From Callorhinchus milii (lineage: Eukaryota): DNA of 64,000 bases. The stretch lies in NCBI RefSeq assembly GCF_018977255.1, contig NW_024704743.1, forward strand, positions 59,336,001 through 59,400,000. The letters run 5' to 3'. The notes below the pieces were generated by a model. The model saw only the letters and a list, made by a program, of their open reading frames with translations, was not told the origin of the DNA and searched no databases. Of this stretch, positions 11,297 through 24,129 are shown in pieces. The position numbers were made by a program, and so were the translations under genes. Numbering within the stretch: position 1 is the stretch's first letter; each line of letters begins with the position of its first letter.

Positions 11297-14200
11297 CTTT
11301 ATAAAACAAATACATTGTTAGCTATTACTTCATTTACAAACCTTCATCAATGAATTAATTATACCAAATACACCTTTGCAAATGGATGGAAAAGCTGGAT
11401 TGTTACCCTTTCTACTGGAGCTTTTCCTACCCTTTCTAATGTCATTCATGTGGCAGAGGTGTTTATGATTGGCAATGGAATGTCAAGAGAATCCTGTGGC
11501 AGTCTCAGCAGTCCGGCTCCTGAGCCACAGCTCCATAATATTCCATGGCATTGCTGATGACAGCACTGGCTCATCAGTCACTGGGGACAGGGATTCTTCC
11601 TACTCAGCTCCTGCTATCCCTGTAAGCCAATCTTGATGGGTAGCGTGGTCTTGGTGGGACAAGCAGCAGGAAGATTGCCAGAGAGCGCTTTCAAGGGAGT
11701 TTGTGAATTCCATTCCAGAGACAGGGATTTCCGTGTGTCAGTGGCAATACATGGAACTCATCCGGGTTTGGATACTCTTAAACATGGTGATGGGTTTTCA
11801 CATGCATCAGACATTCAGTTGGCAAAAAAGAACTTTGAGCAAGCTGATGTGTGATGAAAAAGATGAAATCTCTTCTCAAAAGATGGGATAAAGTAGAGAT
11901 AATTTAAGTCATTTTGAGGTGCACTTTTGGCTGAAAGCACTGTTCACCAAAGTAATATACTTGAATTTAACCGAGGATATTGTACTCATTCACTTTAAAA
12001 TTAAGCATTTTATTTTTTGTAAGACTGAACCAAAACAATGTGAATCACACTCATACCTGGGAATCAATGTGCTCCTGCAATATACTGAACCATGACTTCT
12101 TAATAGAAGAAACTCCATCACTAAAAGCCTCTTTCGGTCTCCAAAGGATTTCTTTTGGCAGCAGGTTCAGCCCATCAAATGACTTTCTCAAAAGATATTT
12201 TTCTATTCCTTTCTTGAAGGTACAAAAATAAGTAAAATATCCGTTACAATCTTTATCAGTCAAGTTTTACACTGTGAAAGTTCATTAAGGAAACAATTAA
12301 TAAGAACAAAGCAAATCAAAAGACCAGGAAAGCAAATTACACCAGAGTGGAAGGTCCAATTTTATAAATAAAAAGTATGGCTCGTCAGGTCGCTGCTGAC
12401 ACCACTTCCTTCGAATAGTGCACAGCAAGTAATGGCAGCGGTGACCCACAAATCGTTTATATTTTAAAGCAGGGGCAACAAACAAGCCAACGGTAGCACG
12501 ACAGCACAATAACAACAACTAATTATATCTGTATAGCGCCTTTCACATCAGGAGGACGTCCCAAGGTGCTGGACAGTCACTGATCCGCATAACCAGAAAG
12601 TCAGGCATTACAATAAGGTATCTATTATCACTATTATCTCACGTACACTCAAATCCCCCTCCACAGCACAAAGCCAGGTAATTCTCTTCTTGAGACTATC
12701 CACACCTTGTCCACCTCCATTGACTGCATGGGCAAAATGCTCCACACCCTTAGCAGACCTAATATACTTAGACCCAAACTGCATGTTCACCTCCCTCTTC
12801 TGAGCTGGAGACCTCTTTTTGTTCATTTCTACAACTATATCACACACATTATTGGAATCTATAGCTTATTTTTACCTTTGGTACTCTGAGCTCTGGCCGA
12901 ATTGATAGGTAGTAGGAAGTAAAACGATGATCCAAAAATGGAACTCTGATTTCCAATCTGAATTAAGAAAAAACGTGCAATAAAATTGTAAACAATAATA
13001 AAGTGTTTTTATTCATATATAAAGCTACTAATTTAGCTACACTGCCAGCTCTGTCCATAAACCTAAATTCATGACAGTGACGATAAAAAAAAATTAAACT
13101 CAAACTCTGCTGCAACTACAACCAGAAACAGCAGTAAATGTAGACATGTTTTGTTTTCTATTTGGAGCTATCCCTTCCATTCACACATCAGACCAGTCTG
13201 TCAATCAGTCTGTCGATCAGTTTGTCAATCAGTAGGCAAATAAAAAATGGAAATGTTACACAGCTGGATAGAGTCTAGAATAAGAGTAAAAGAAAGACCA
13301 GTTTGAAACCTCCAAAAATGACATAATTTTAGTTAATATCCTCATTCAGCTTTCATTTCAAAATATGTTTAAGGTTCTTGAGAAGAATACAAGTTCAATG
13401 TCTCTCAGATCTCGTTTTCTATATAAAAGCAAAACCCTACCCGTGAGCTGCTGTTGTTCGGTCAGAACGTAGGACATCATAGAGATACAGGTCCCTCAAA
13501 AGTCTTTCACTTTCTGCTGCACCTTCATCAGGAGATGGAGCCTAGGAGAGGGACAGGGCAGGTCAATCGCAAGCCTAGTCTAATCACATTCATACACAAC
13601 TGCACAATTGTGTGCAACTGGATTATTTTTGCTGAAAGCAAAATGTCATTAAACAAAGTATTACTGTCACAAATGCATAAATATCCAAAATGTTTCCATT
13701 AATAAGCATGCAAAGGAAGGTCATTTGCACTGTACCTTGTGAAAATATATGTATCCCTGTGCGAGTTCATCAGAACCTTCCCCAGAGAAGATGACAGTAC
13801 TGTCAGTTTTCTCTTTTATGTACTTTGAAACCAAGTACATTCCTACAAACAAAAAGAAAACACTACTTTTAAAAGACATCCTTTCCTCAGTTCCGATGCC
13901 CTGCAAGAATTGTTAAATGTTATGGAATATCCTCCAAATATGAAAGGCGCCAGAGGATCTCTTAATGGAGATCACGAGCAGGCACCAAAACTCATTTTCT
14001 CCTTCTCAATCGGGCCGCTAGGCAAATTACAGTGGTCAAAGTGTTTCCCAGCAGTAATCAGTTAGTTCACTTAGCAAAGAGTAAGATTTGAAACTGTAAC
14101 TTTCCATCTTTGTAACTTTACCCAAAGGGCTATTGAAAGCTAAATATAATTTCGGTAATTTTTTTTTAAAAATTCTAATTTTCCCATTAAATCTCTCCTC

Positions 14201-17200
14201 TATAATCAGGATAGTGTAGTTGTGTAAAATCTTACCAACAGAGGCACGGATTGTAGTGATGTCATAGCTCTCCAGGGAAAAAATAACATTGTCTATTGCC
14301 TGAATTCCTTCTTCTGCACTGAAAACAACTTCATGATGATCACTGCCAATGTACTTTGCAACCTAGTCAAAGAAAAAAAATCATCAACCAGGAACCGACT
14401 GTGGATTATTATTTATTATTACTGGATCAAAATGAAACTGATACCTGGCGAGCAGCAATTACATCAGGGCTGTCTTCCATTCCTATTGAAAATGTCTGGA
14501 TTGGGTACATCATGTCATCTTTCTCTCTCTTCAGTTTCAGAAGGAGGGCAGCAATGAGGCTGGAATCCAAACCACCTGCAATTCATATAAAAATACAGAA
14601 TTTAATTTTCAGTAAATTTTACAAGGTCTCTCTCACCGTGACAATGTCCATCTGTACCCGTCGCTGGCAAATTTCAATGAGATAGTACATGTGAACACAT
14701 CGAAATGACCAGTATATCCAGTGAAATTAAACTTGGGTTTGTGAGGGGCAGGGCCCCACTGCTTGTCCAGCTAGGACCACCTTACCCTTCAGGGCTTTGG
14801 CTTGCAGGGTTAACAGGAGCTGTGTGAAAAGAATCCCTGTCCCCAGTGACTGGTTTGCCCTCCCAAATCTTGCCAATGAGCCAGGTTGGCTGTGCTGTCA
14901 TCAGCAGTGCCCTGGAGTATTGCAGACCTGCCTGGCACAAAAAACAGACTACCAAGACCACCATAGAGGGAGAGCTAGCTTGATTCCAACATTCTGTTGC
15001 CAAAGTTAAGGCATATGGTGTTGAAGGTACGTGGCATGGATAGAGAGGGTTGAAAGATGGAAGTCGGAGAGTAGGGTTAAATGTTTGGCTGGTTTTAATT
15101 AATAGCATTTTACCCTAAACAATTAAAAATAGGTTCAAATTTCAGATAATCAGAACCACTTAGGAACAGCCAAAATAAAAATGGTAATGTATCTTGGGTC
15201 ACCATTAACCTCCCAGTGTTATAATCTTAGCAACTTCATAGAAGCCTTCATGCAATCAAGAATTTAGGAACATGCAGTTTTATCAGAGTTAAAATAGCTT
15301 AATCATTGTATAAGCCCAAGACTGCTCGAATGTTACTAATTTGGACCTTTACAAATTGAAAGTTGTTCATTTGTTACACATGACAGATCATAATATCAGT
15401 TTGGTTGAAGGCCTTTCAGCCCATCCCATTTAATCTCATCCTTCCAGAACACCCACCTTACAGTTTCCCCTCTCCCCATAACAATATCAAGCTTTTTTTT
15501 ATTAACAAGTCCAGTGTCCTGACCTCTACCACCTTTCCTGGCAACCTGTTCTAGTCATTACATACTGTGCAAAGAAAGGCTTCCTAGTATCTATGCTGAA
15601 ATTGCCTTTTACAATTCTAAATCTGTCTTCTTGTTCTACTGTTTTGTTGCATCTGAACGTATTGATCTAGGCTTCCTTTTCCAATCCCATTTGAAATGTT
15701 GTACACCTCTGAGAGATCCCCTTAGAGTTCAAGACTGAAGTCTCAAGACTGAAGAGCCCTAGGTTGTCTAACAGTTGCTTAGATTGATTATATTCTGCAT
15801 TATCTGCTGTACTTTAATTGTCAATTCTCATTCAAACATCAGTAAAAGAGATCGAGCAGTAACGCTGGTTTTATTTGAGTTTGTTTGCCATCATCTCCAG
15901 AATAAAAGCAATGGCAATGTCACCAGAGAAAGAGAACACAATGTCTTTAATGTGCGAAAAATTTAATTGCATGCGTGTCGCAATGTATGGTCAACACATT
16001 ATTGTCTTATCTCTGCTACTGGAATTGGGTAAAAAGGCCAGGCATCACTGATATTTCAGATGTTTCTCTGCTATTCACTATTTCCACAGTAGTGATCTGG
16101 GAAAATAAAGTTCTAATGGTTTTGTGCATGAAGTCATACATTCTACACGCTCAGAGTCAGTGGTGAAGCAGAAAGTTGTTTCAAAATGATATGGAAGTTT
16201 TCCCTCTCTCATAATATAATTTGATATAATGCCTTATCACGTCTTTGATACCTCTCAAGAGTGCTTCACTGAACATACTGTAAAGTGAATTTACTTTATT
16301 TTTTGTAGACGAACTCTGATGTTCACAAAGCAACTGGTGCAGGTCACTTATTTTTAAATTTTGAAAGTTGCTTACATTATTCTTCCTATTTCATCTTTTC
16401 TTTCATACTTACAATGCTTCTCTTCCTGCTCTCGTTTTCTCTTTTCTAGGGTTATCACCTCCAAGACCCAAAAAAATCCTGGCTGAACCACAAAAAACTG
16501 CCATAACCTCGAAAACCACCACCTCGCTGAGCCCATCGCAGCCAATCGGACATAATTCACTGGGCCCTGCTGCCACGTAACCACTCTTCTTTCACGGCTT
16601 TCACTTATTTCCTTGAGAACTACCATACGAAATGAAGCACCTCGCTTGATTGAAACCTCGTTGGTTGAAGTGCAACTCTGCTCTGCCTCATACAACTTCA
16701 GGAGGAATCATGGAGAGCGACAGGCAAGTCACCCAACTCCACACTCCTACCCCGTTGCAAAATCTGACATAGCCTCTTGTTTTAGTTCAGATGCACTTCA
16801 GCAGACAGCTGTTGTTGACCTCCAATGCTAACTGCTAGGTATGGCAAAAGCCAGGTATTGTAATAACTTAGTTACTGTATTAGTTAGTTACTGTTAAAAA
16901 TCAAAAGAGTAAGACTTGCTCATCTTGAAATAAATGACAATAGGGGAAATCTTTTTCTCCAAACCAGGTTGTACCTGACAAAAGGCAACCGATTCTTCTG
17001 TTGGACATCAGACGCTTTCTTACTGCATTTTCCAGGAGTGATCGAATGTTCTTTTTGATAGTCTCCATCTCTTTGAGAGTCTCTGGTTTGAAGTCTGCAA
17101 GACAAGCATCCTAATTAGCAACAAATTTAATTCTGGGGCGAGGGGGGGTGGGGGTACATTTACTTTTTTGCAGTTACATGCTTCAAAGTGCACACCGTTC

Positions 17201-20200
17201 TGCTAATGTCTGACAATGGTGAATTGGTAAACACTGCTTTGACAGTGTGGCTGCTGAGAATGTGTGAGAGGAAGATTACAAATCAGTGTCTGGAGTTTGA
17301 GGATTTCACACCGACAGGAACAAACTCCTTTGAAGGATTAGTTTTTTGTGTAATTTTACAATAAGATATAACACCAGTTAACCACATGCCGAATGTTCCC
17401 ATCAAGCTCTGAAGTGGAAATAGATGTGGGGCTGTTTGTCACCACCACGCAAAAAAAAATCAAATTATACACATGTGGGAACTTACGCAAAATGAAACTC
17501 CTATTTAAACTGGTCATCACCTGAGTCATTATTATACAGGAAACCATGTTACAACGTGGTGCGTGGGATCTGTACAATGGTAAACTGTGAGCCGAGGGCA
17601 CATCCATCAATCATGTGACCAGTGATCTCACTTCGCATGTGCACAAAAAGCCGACCGGCCCGATGATGGGCAAACCATCATAGGATTTGAAGTTCGCTTC
17701 ATAATGCATCGTAGTGTTTCCAGTACAAGAGGCTTTCAGCATTTTGTCTTGAGAAGCACAATGACTCATTTTGATGCGCAACAACAAAAACTTGCATTTA
17801 GCCCTTCAGGTAGGATAACGTCTCAGAGCGCACTGCGCTGAAACTGCGATATCTCATCTTGCATCACGACAAAGCACTTTCAAAGTGCGTTTTGAGTTCA
17901 GAGGACTGACTTGGACTGCATGACCTCAGGATTTTCAAATAGAAAAAATTCAGGATCCAAACCTCAACTGTAGTGAAGCTCAACACAGCAGGTTGCTGTA
18001 TTTATTAATAAGGGTTGAATTTTTAAGCCAAGCAGAGACTTTTTTTTAAAATGTAAAAGTTGCTGAGGGAGGGTGAACGACAGGAGACACAGTCCATTTA
18101 TGACAGTAAATAAGGGTTGAATTTTTAAGCCAAGCAGAGACTTTTTTTAAAAAATGTAAATGTTGCTGAGGGAGGGTGAACGACAGGAGACACAGTCCAC
18201 TTATGACAGCTGTGAACATGTATTAAAGAGCCAGAAATTATAGGAGAAAAAAGACATTCCCTCATTAATTTTAAAAAGCTTTCACAATTAGAAACTAAGA
18301 ACGTGAGAAATATAGATGACTTGAGCTCCGGACGACTCTTCAGCTTAAGTACCTTCAGTCAGCTTTTCCAGTGTATCATATGGAACATGTGCTGGAATCT
18401 CTGTACAGCTGTGAAATTTCACTAGTTCCAGTTCGGTTACCTTCCCATTAATCTTCAAGTCAAATGATTCATAGTGGCCAGGGGGAAAAGGCACGATAGT
18501 CGGAGTGGAAATCATTGAATGTTTCAGTTCAAGAAGACCTGTAAATGGATTTTATATTCAGTTACTCAACATCCTCTAGACTTGCATCAGAATATATAAG
18601 ATTCCATTTAAAGCCCACGATCCTATTACTGGAAGATAATATTTATGGTTCTCTCTCGAAGATAATATTTATGGTTCTCAGCATCATTTCGCTTACGAGT
18701 AGGCAGTCATTACACTCCATTATCAAGACATCTCAAAGCGCTTCACAGGATTTGCTCTAAAGTGTAATGACTATTTATTTTGCAGGCAAAAGCAGCAGCT
18801 AATTTGTACACAGCAATGTCTTATCTGGGAGACACCAGGAGAAACTTTGTTCTCTTTTTGGATAATGCACTGGGGTCTTTAACGTGCACATGAATGAGCA
18901 GACATGAACTCAGTTTCAATGTGTACCTGAAGAACAGTATATCTGATACTGCATTGCTGTAGACATTGCAAAATGTCGAGTCATCTTAGATTATGAGCTC
19001 AAAGTCCCAATGTTGGACTTGACCCTTCAACGTTCTGACAACGAGAGAGCAATTAACTCAGTCAGCTATCACCTAATCTCTCAAAAATACTCAATTTTTT
19101 ACAATGTCTTTATTCAGCAGTTGTACATAGGGTTACTCTGGATGCATTGATCTATCACATTAATCAATCTTGCACACTATGGGGTCTCCATGCCTGATTT
19201 CTAGCTAACCTGCACCAAATACTTTCTGGAATAGGTAAGCAGGGTGCATTCCGAGAGAGAAAGAGAGAGAGGGCATATTCCATTCTAGACACAGAGAAAT
19301 TTCTGTATGTAGGTGGCGTACATATGTGGAGCTATCAATCTGGTTTGAATACACTTAGCCAGCATGGTGATGGGTGCCAACCACATGTGTCTGGATAACC
19401 AAACGAAAAATCAGCCAGCAGAGAATAACCCCATATCAATAATTGTCCTCCAGGATAGACCAGGTACAACAACAACAAAATTACATTTATAGAGCGCCTT
19501 TCACATCGGGAGGATGTCCCAAAGCGCTGAACAATCAGGTGTCGGGGCCCGAGCATGGGGGAGGGGTGGTGTAGGGGGGAGGGAAGGTAGAGAGGTGGGA
19601 GGGAGATCAAAGGCACGGTCGAAGAGAAGGGTCTTGAGACCGGCCTTGAAGGAGGCAAGGGAGGAAGCGAGGCGAAGGGAACGTGGGATGGAGTTCCAGA
19701 GTTTGGGGGCAGAGAGGCTGAACGTCCAGCCACTGATGGTAGTGAGGATTGGGAGGGAGAGCCAGTGGAGTCGGGTGAGGGTGGGAGTGATGGGGTCACG
19801 GAGCCTGGTGCGTGAGAGTTCACGAGCTGCAGAATTTTGGATGATCTGCAACTTGTGAAGGGAAGAGTTGGGAAGGGAGTTTCCATAATTGAGCCTTGAT
19901 GTGACGAATGCGTGGGTGAGGGTTTCGGCAGCCTGAGGGGTGAGGCAGCGGTGAAGTCTGGAAATGTTGCGGAGGTGATGGTAGGCAGTGCCGGTCATGG
20001 CACGGATGTGGAGGAGAAAGGACAGTTCAGGGTCAAACAAGATACCCAGGTTCCTGACTGGCTTAGTGAGGTTGAGTGTGCAGCCATGGGGTGTGATGCT
20101 GCCAACGGCCGAGGTGTGGAGGCGCTGGTGCGAGCCAATCAGGTGGGTCTCGGTCTTGCTGACGTTGAGTTGGAGAAACTTGGCCCTCATCCAGGACTTG

Positions 20201-22842
20201 ATGTCAGACAGGCAGTCGGTCAGGACGCCAGTAGTCCTGGAGTTGAGGGTGGAGGCAGAGAGGTAGAGTTGGGTGTCATCCACATACATGTGGAAATTTA
20301 CCCCATGTCTGCGGATGATGTCACCAAGGGGGAGCATGTAGAGGGTGAAGAGGAGGGGACCGAGGACAGAGCCCTGAGGGACACTGCACGAGATGGTGCG
20401 GGGGCTGGCGGAGAAGCCGTTTGCCACGACGAAGTGGAGGTGGTGTGAAAGGTAGGACCTGAACCAGTCAAGGACAGAACCTTGAAGGTTGAGGTGGGAG
20501 GAGAGGCAGTGGAGAAGGATTCAGTAGGCAGCATGGAAACACGATTGGAGGGGTTCATAGAGGGAGTGAGAGGAGAGGAAAGAGCGAAGCAAATATATAA
20601 CTAGTAGCTGAATAAAGAACGGGACATTTTTCAGTTTTCTGACAGCTAAACCATCACAGTTCGCCCACCAAAACCCTTTGAATGAAAATACATACCCATT
20701 TGAAAGAAGTTTTCATAAAATTATACTTTACCTTTTGCTTCGGAACAAACAGCAAGGAATCCATTATCTGTCATCATTTTAAACATTGGCCGTACTCCAT
20801 ATGTATCTCTTCCAAGAAATATTTTACGGTTTGCAGTGTCCAGAATGATGAAAGCAAACACACCATCCAACAGCTTAGCAGTCATCTCTATTCCTTTTGT
20901 TGCATAGAGGTGAAGAATAATTTCACCATCAACTTGGGTTTGATAATCAAATTCAAAATGCTTTTCAAGCTAAAACACAAAGACAGCAATACATATGTAA
21001 ATGTCATCCCCGGTATAAAGTAAGTCATAAATCTGTTATAATTTATAATAATAATAATAATAATCCTTGCATTTGATACAGCGCTTTTCACGTCTTTTCG
21101 ACGTCTCAAAGTGCTTCACAGAACAGACTGTAAAGTGAATTGACTGTACGTTTGTGGGTGAAACGCGGCAACCAATTGCGCACAGCAGTGTCCCACAAAC
21201 ATGGATTGAAAATAACCAATTTATTATTGTTTTGGAGGGATTATTATTAGGCGTGTGGAGTAAGGAAACTTGCCCAAGGTTTCGCCCTGCCTGGAATTGA
21301 ACCCAGGTGTCTCGCTTGCAAAGCGAGTGCTCTAATCACTAAGCTACAGGAATTTCTAAGACAAGGTAGCTTACAACCAGATCGTGACAGATTTGGTAAC
21401 AATTCAAAATCAGTTTGTGCGACAAAAGATCTGCATTAAGTTCTCAGCAATGTTTAAATAATAAATTCAGTAAAAATAAAATTGTAAAGGTTATAAGTCA
21501 AGAATTCTACATTAACAAAATGTAACGGGCCAAAAACTGTACAAGTGGAGAGGCACTGCAACTTGTTAACTTTTAATATCAGGCCAGTGGGAAACGTGCA
21601 AAAGGCAACAGACCATGGAAGCATGGTAATTATTGAAATCATGAACCTTAAGCATAGCAATAATTATCCAAGGAGGAAAGCCTGCGTCCAAGTTTCCTGT
21701 TAACAAGTGTTAAAACAGATAAAACAGTGAAAGCCGTACCTTTTTATTTTGTTCAACCGGGTGTCGGACACATGCGGAAACCCATCACCGTGCTTACCAT
21801 CATGCAAGTATTCAAACCAAACTGAGAATTTAATGCATCCCACCTACACCTGGATATTCCAGATATAATTTGTTGAATGGAAAATACACTCTCTCCCTGG
21901 AGGGATGCATCCTGCTTACCTAATTCCGAAAAGTATTAGGTGCAGGTTGGCAAGAGCCAAGGCTTGGGTACCCCAGATTGTGCTTTGGGGTACGGCTGGA
22001 GTCTAACCAGCATAGCTTGCCATTGATAGCACTATTTGGTAAGCTTTCCCACTGCTCGTCCAGCTAGGACCACCCTACCCTTTAGGGCTTTGGCTTGCAG
22101 GGTTAACAGGAGCTGAGTGGGTGGATTTCCAGCCCCCAATGACGGGTCTGCTCTTCCATGTCCTGCCAATTAACCCAGCCAGCTGTGCTGTCATAAGCAG
22201 TGCCCTGGAATACTGCAAACCCACCCGACTCAGGAACCAGATTACTAAAACCGCCAAGAAGGCTGCCTCAATTCTGACATTTGTTGACAAATGCATCATC
22301 TTGGAGCCAATTCAGCTCCAAGCAAACCCCACATACCTCCCCCACACCCCATCCCAGGAGGATAAAAGAATGGAGCACCATATCTACGAAATCTATTTTT
22401 TTCTTGGGCTCCTGCTCAGTCCTTATAAACTGAAATATTCTCCCTATATGTAAAGAGACCATCAAGATTAATGCGAATCCCTGTTGTCCCATCTATAAAT
22501 GTTTTTGCACAAACCCAGACGAATAAGGGGTATAAGTAACATTATCATTGGCAGCAAACAAATTATTATACACATTAATAAAGATGACTATACCTGTCTG
22601 AAATTGTAAATCTCTCCATTGTAGCACAGCCAGAGGTGTGGGTATTTGGTTATTCTTAGAGGTTGCATTCCATACAATGGATCAACGATGGCGAGGCGGT
22701 GAAACCCGAAACAGCAGTTGGTGAAGTCATTCACATTTTCAAAGCGGAAAGCATCAGGGCCTCTGTGAGATATTTTCATGGCATTGGTGCACTGGATAGA
22801 GAGGCATTCGTCGCTGCCAAAAAGGGCCCATATTCCACACAT
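11084..22842 (-). CDS. ASNS: Asparagine synthetase (glutamine-hydrolysing), spliced CDS of 11 exons, 1710 nt, 569 aa
   Basis: Exons translated by hand join in frame from [10 protein letters not shown] (N-terminal Cys of class II glutamine amidotransferases) to [19 protein letters not shown]. All introns are GT-AG. Exon sizes 249/238/186/120/131/127/107/101/82/156/213. Confidence 0.97.
12057..12212 (-). CDS. ASNS: ASNS coding exon 10 ([10 protein letters not shown]...[12 protein letters not shown]...HIDSQ)
   Basis: TTCAAG| acceptor, |GTATGA donor, 156 nt. Confidence 0.96.
12876..12957 (-). CDS. ASNS: ASNS coding exon 9 ([27 protein letters not shown])
   Basis: ATTCAG| acceptor, |GTAAAA donor, 82 nt. 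Confidence 0.96.
13441..13541 (-). CDS. ASNS: ASNS coding exon 8 ([33 protein letters not shown])
   Basis: TCCTAG| acceptor, |GTAGGG donor, 101 nt. Confidence 0.96.
13736..13842 (-). CDS. ASNS: ASNS coding exon 7 (MYLVSKYIK...[18 protein letters not shown])
   Basis: TTGTAG| acceptor, |GTACAG donor, 107 nt; SGEGSDE motif. Confidence 0.96.
14236..14362 (-). CDS. ASNS: ASNS coding exon 6 ([12 protein letters not shown]...[13 protein letters not shown])
   Basis: GACTAG| acceptor, |GTAAGA donor, 127 nt. Confidence 0.96.
14445..14575 (-). CDS. ASNS: ASNS coding exon 5 ([10 protein letters not shown]...[17 protein letters not shown])
   Basis: TTGCAG| acceptor, |GTATCA donor, 131 nt. Confidence 0.95.
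16975..17094 (-). CDS. ASNS: ASNS coding exon 4 ([40 protein letters not shown])
   Basis: TTGCAG| acceptor, |GTACAA donor, 120 nt, start of the SGGLDS PP-loop. Confidence 0.94.
18007..18209. repeat. Two-copy tandem duplication, period 102 bp
   Basis: AATAAGGGTTGAATTTTTAAGCC...TATGACAG starting at 18007 and 18109. Confidence 0.95.
18353..18538 (-). CDS. ASNS: ASNS coding exon 3 (LLELKHS...PFPPGHYE...YDTLEKLTE)
   Basis: TTACAG| acceptor, |GTACTT donor, 186 nt. Confidence 0.95.
18690..19070 (-). mobile_element. Degraded Deu-domain SINE
   Basis: Colinear with 400-840 and 62485-62895. Confidence 0.7.
19467..20590 (-). mobile_element. 5'-truncated L2-A copy in an ASNS intron
   Basis: 308-aa RT ORF ([17 protein letters not shown]); tail at about 19467. 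Confidence 0.92.
20732..20969 (-). CDS. ASNS: ASNS coding exon 2 ([22 protein letters not shown]...GRDTYGVRP...CSEAK)
   Basis: TTTTAG| acceptor, |GTAAAG donor, 238 nt, in frame. Confidence 0.96.
21045..21351 (-). mobile_element. tRNA-headed SINE, older subfamily (ASNS intron)
   Basis: Full head-to-tail homology. Confidence 0.9.
21740..22260 (-). mobile_element. Copy of the unclassified poly(A)-tailed repeat
   Basis: Reverse-complement homology to 59740-60178. Confidence 0.8.
22594..22842 (-). CDS. ASNS: ASNS coding exon 1 ([17 protein letters not shown]...[12 protein letters not shown])
   Basis: ATG at 22842; 249 nt; donor CAG|GTATAG; motifs [20 protein letters not shown]. Confidence 0.97.
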
Positions 22843-24129
22843 TGTCAGATCTGCCAAATCATGGGTTCGAATAACTAGCAGGTGAAAGGGTTATCTGTGG
22901 AGAACAATTAATTCCATTAATTACACCCATTCTCTTCAGTGCTGTTTCCAATAATGTTCTTGGTTTTAACTTAAATTTTGGTCTACAATAAATGTACTTC
23001 ATGCACAAGAAAAATTTAACTATATTCCATTATAACAATCCTATAGCATTCATTTTAAACTATTAACACTTGAGGCAATAGGAGGCAGTATGTTGGAACC
23101 TGGGCCAATAGAGAAGTGTGGCTGCAATTTCTTTGTGGGATCCGCTATAAACAACGCAGTCCACTATAAACTTACTAAAAATTAAGTCTCTGGCACCCGG
23201 ACCTCTCGCGCTCTTTATCTGACGAAACTGTGGGCAGAAGAATTCCGGACGCACGTGCACGGTGCGAGCAGGAAATGGGCTTCACTCCACTCGAAGGCCT
23301 CTGTGGTGTGTGTCTCTCTCTGTATGTGTGTCTGTTTGTGAGTGTCTCTGTGCAAGTGTGGTGTGTCTCTTTCTCCTCAGTATGTATGTATGTCTGTCTC
23401 TTCTATATGTGCATATGTTCACTAGTGTCTCTGTGAATATGTGTGTGTCTCTCCCCTGCGTGTACGTCTTTGTGTCTATGAGCGCGCACCTCTCTCCGTG
23501 TCACTGAGCGCACGCGCGTCTCTCCGGTTCTAGCCCTGAGAGGTAGGTGGTGGTGAGCTCCTGTAGTCCTGCAGTCGGGACACTGGTCCCAAGTGTCTGT
23601 TTTTTTGCTGGATCTCCAGGTGTTTCTGCGCTGAGTGTGTTCCCCCGCCCATTAATCGGCCACCCAGTTTTTATTAGACAAATTCATTTTTAAAATTGCA
23701 ACAATCTAATTTGTTATTTCCTCATGTTTAGTTTTTAATCAATACAATGAAAGAATGTAGCTTGGCAGTAAAATGTACCTCAAATAGCACCAACCAACCA
23801 CTGCAATTTCCCACAANTTTTTTTGACCAATGTTTCTGCATTTTCTATTGGCCCAGCTCGGAACCCTGCCCTTGACAAATAAAAGTCAGAGCAAAACAAA
23901 ACATAGTGTCCGGAACACGTCACGTCAGGTTGATTCATTAACACGAGTGGGACACTGCTGTGTGCAATTGGCTGCCGTCGTTTGCCCACGAAATAGAGTC
24001 AATTCACTTTACAGTATATTCTGTGAAGGGCTTTGAGACGTCGAGAAGACGTGTTAAGCCGCTTCATCAAATGCAAAAGGATTATTATTATTAATTCTGT
24101 TGGCATAGGCGGTGGGTGCCTCGGGATAA

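Noticed and set aside
16542..16578. ERSE-like CCAAT...CCACG
   Set aside because: Spacer is far longer than the required 9 nt
17858..17866. Intronic CARE TGATGCAAG with nearby AP-1 sites
   Set aside because: Isolated short motif, expected by chance at this window size
22843..22857. N-terminal extension MADLT of ASNS in the ORF track
   Set aside because: TTG start spanning a likely acceptor; ASNS needs Met-Cys at its N-terminus
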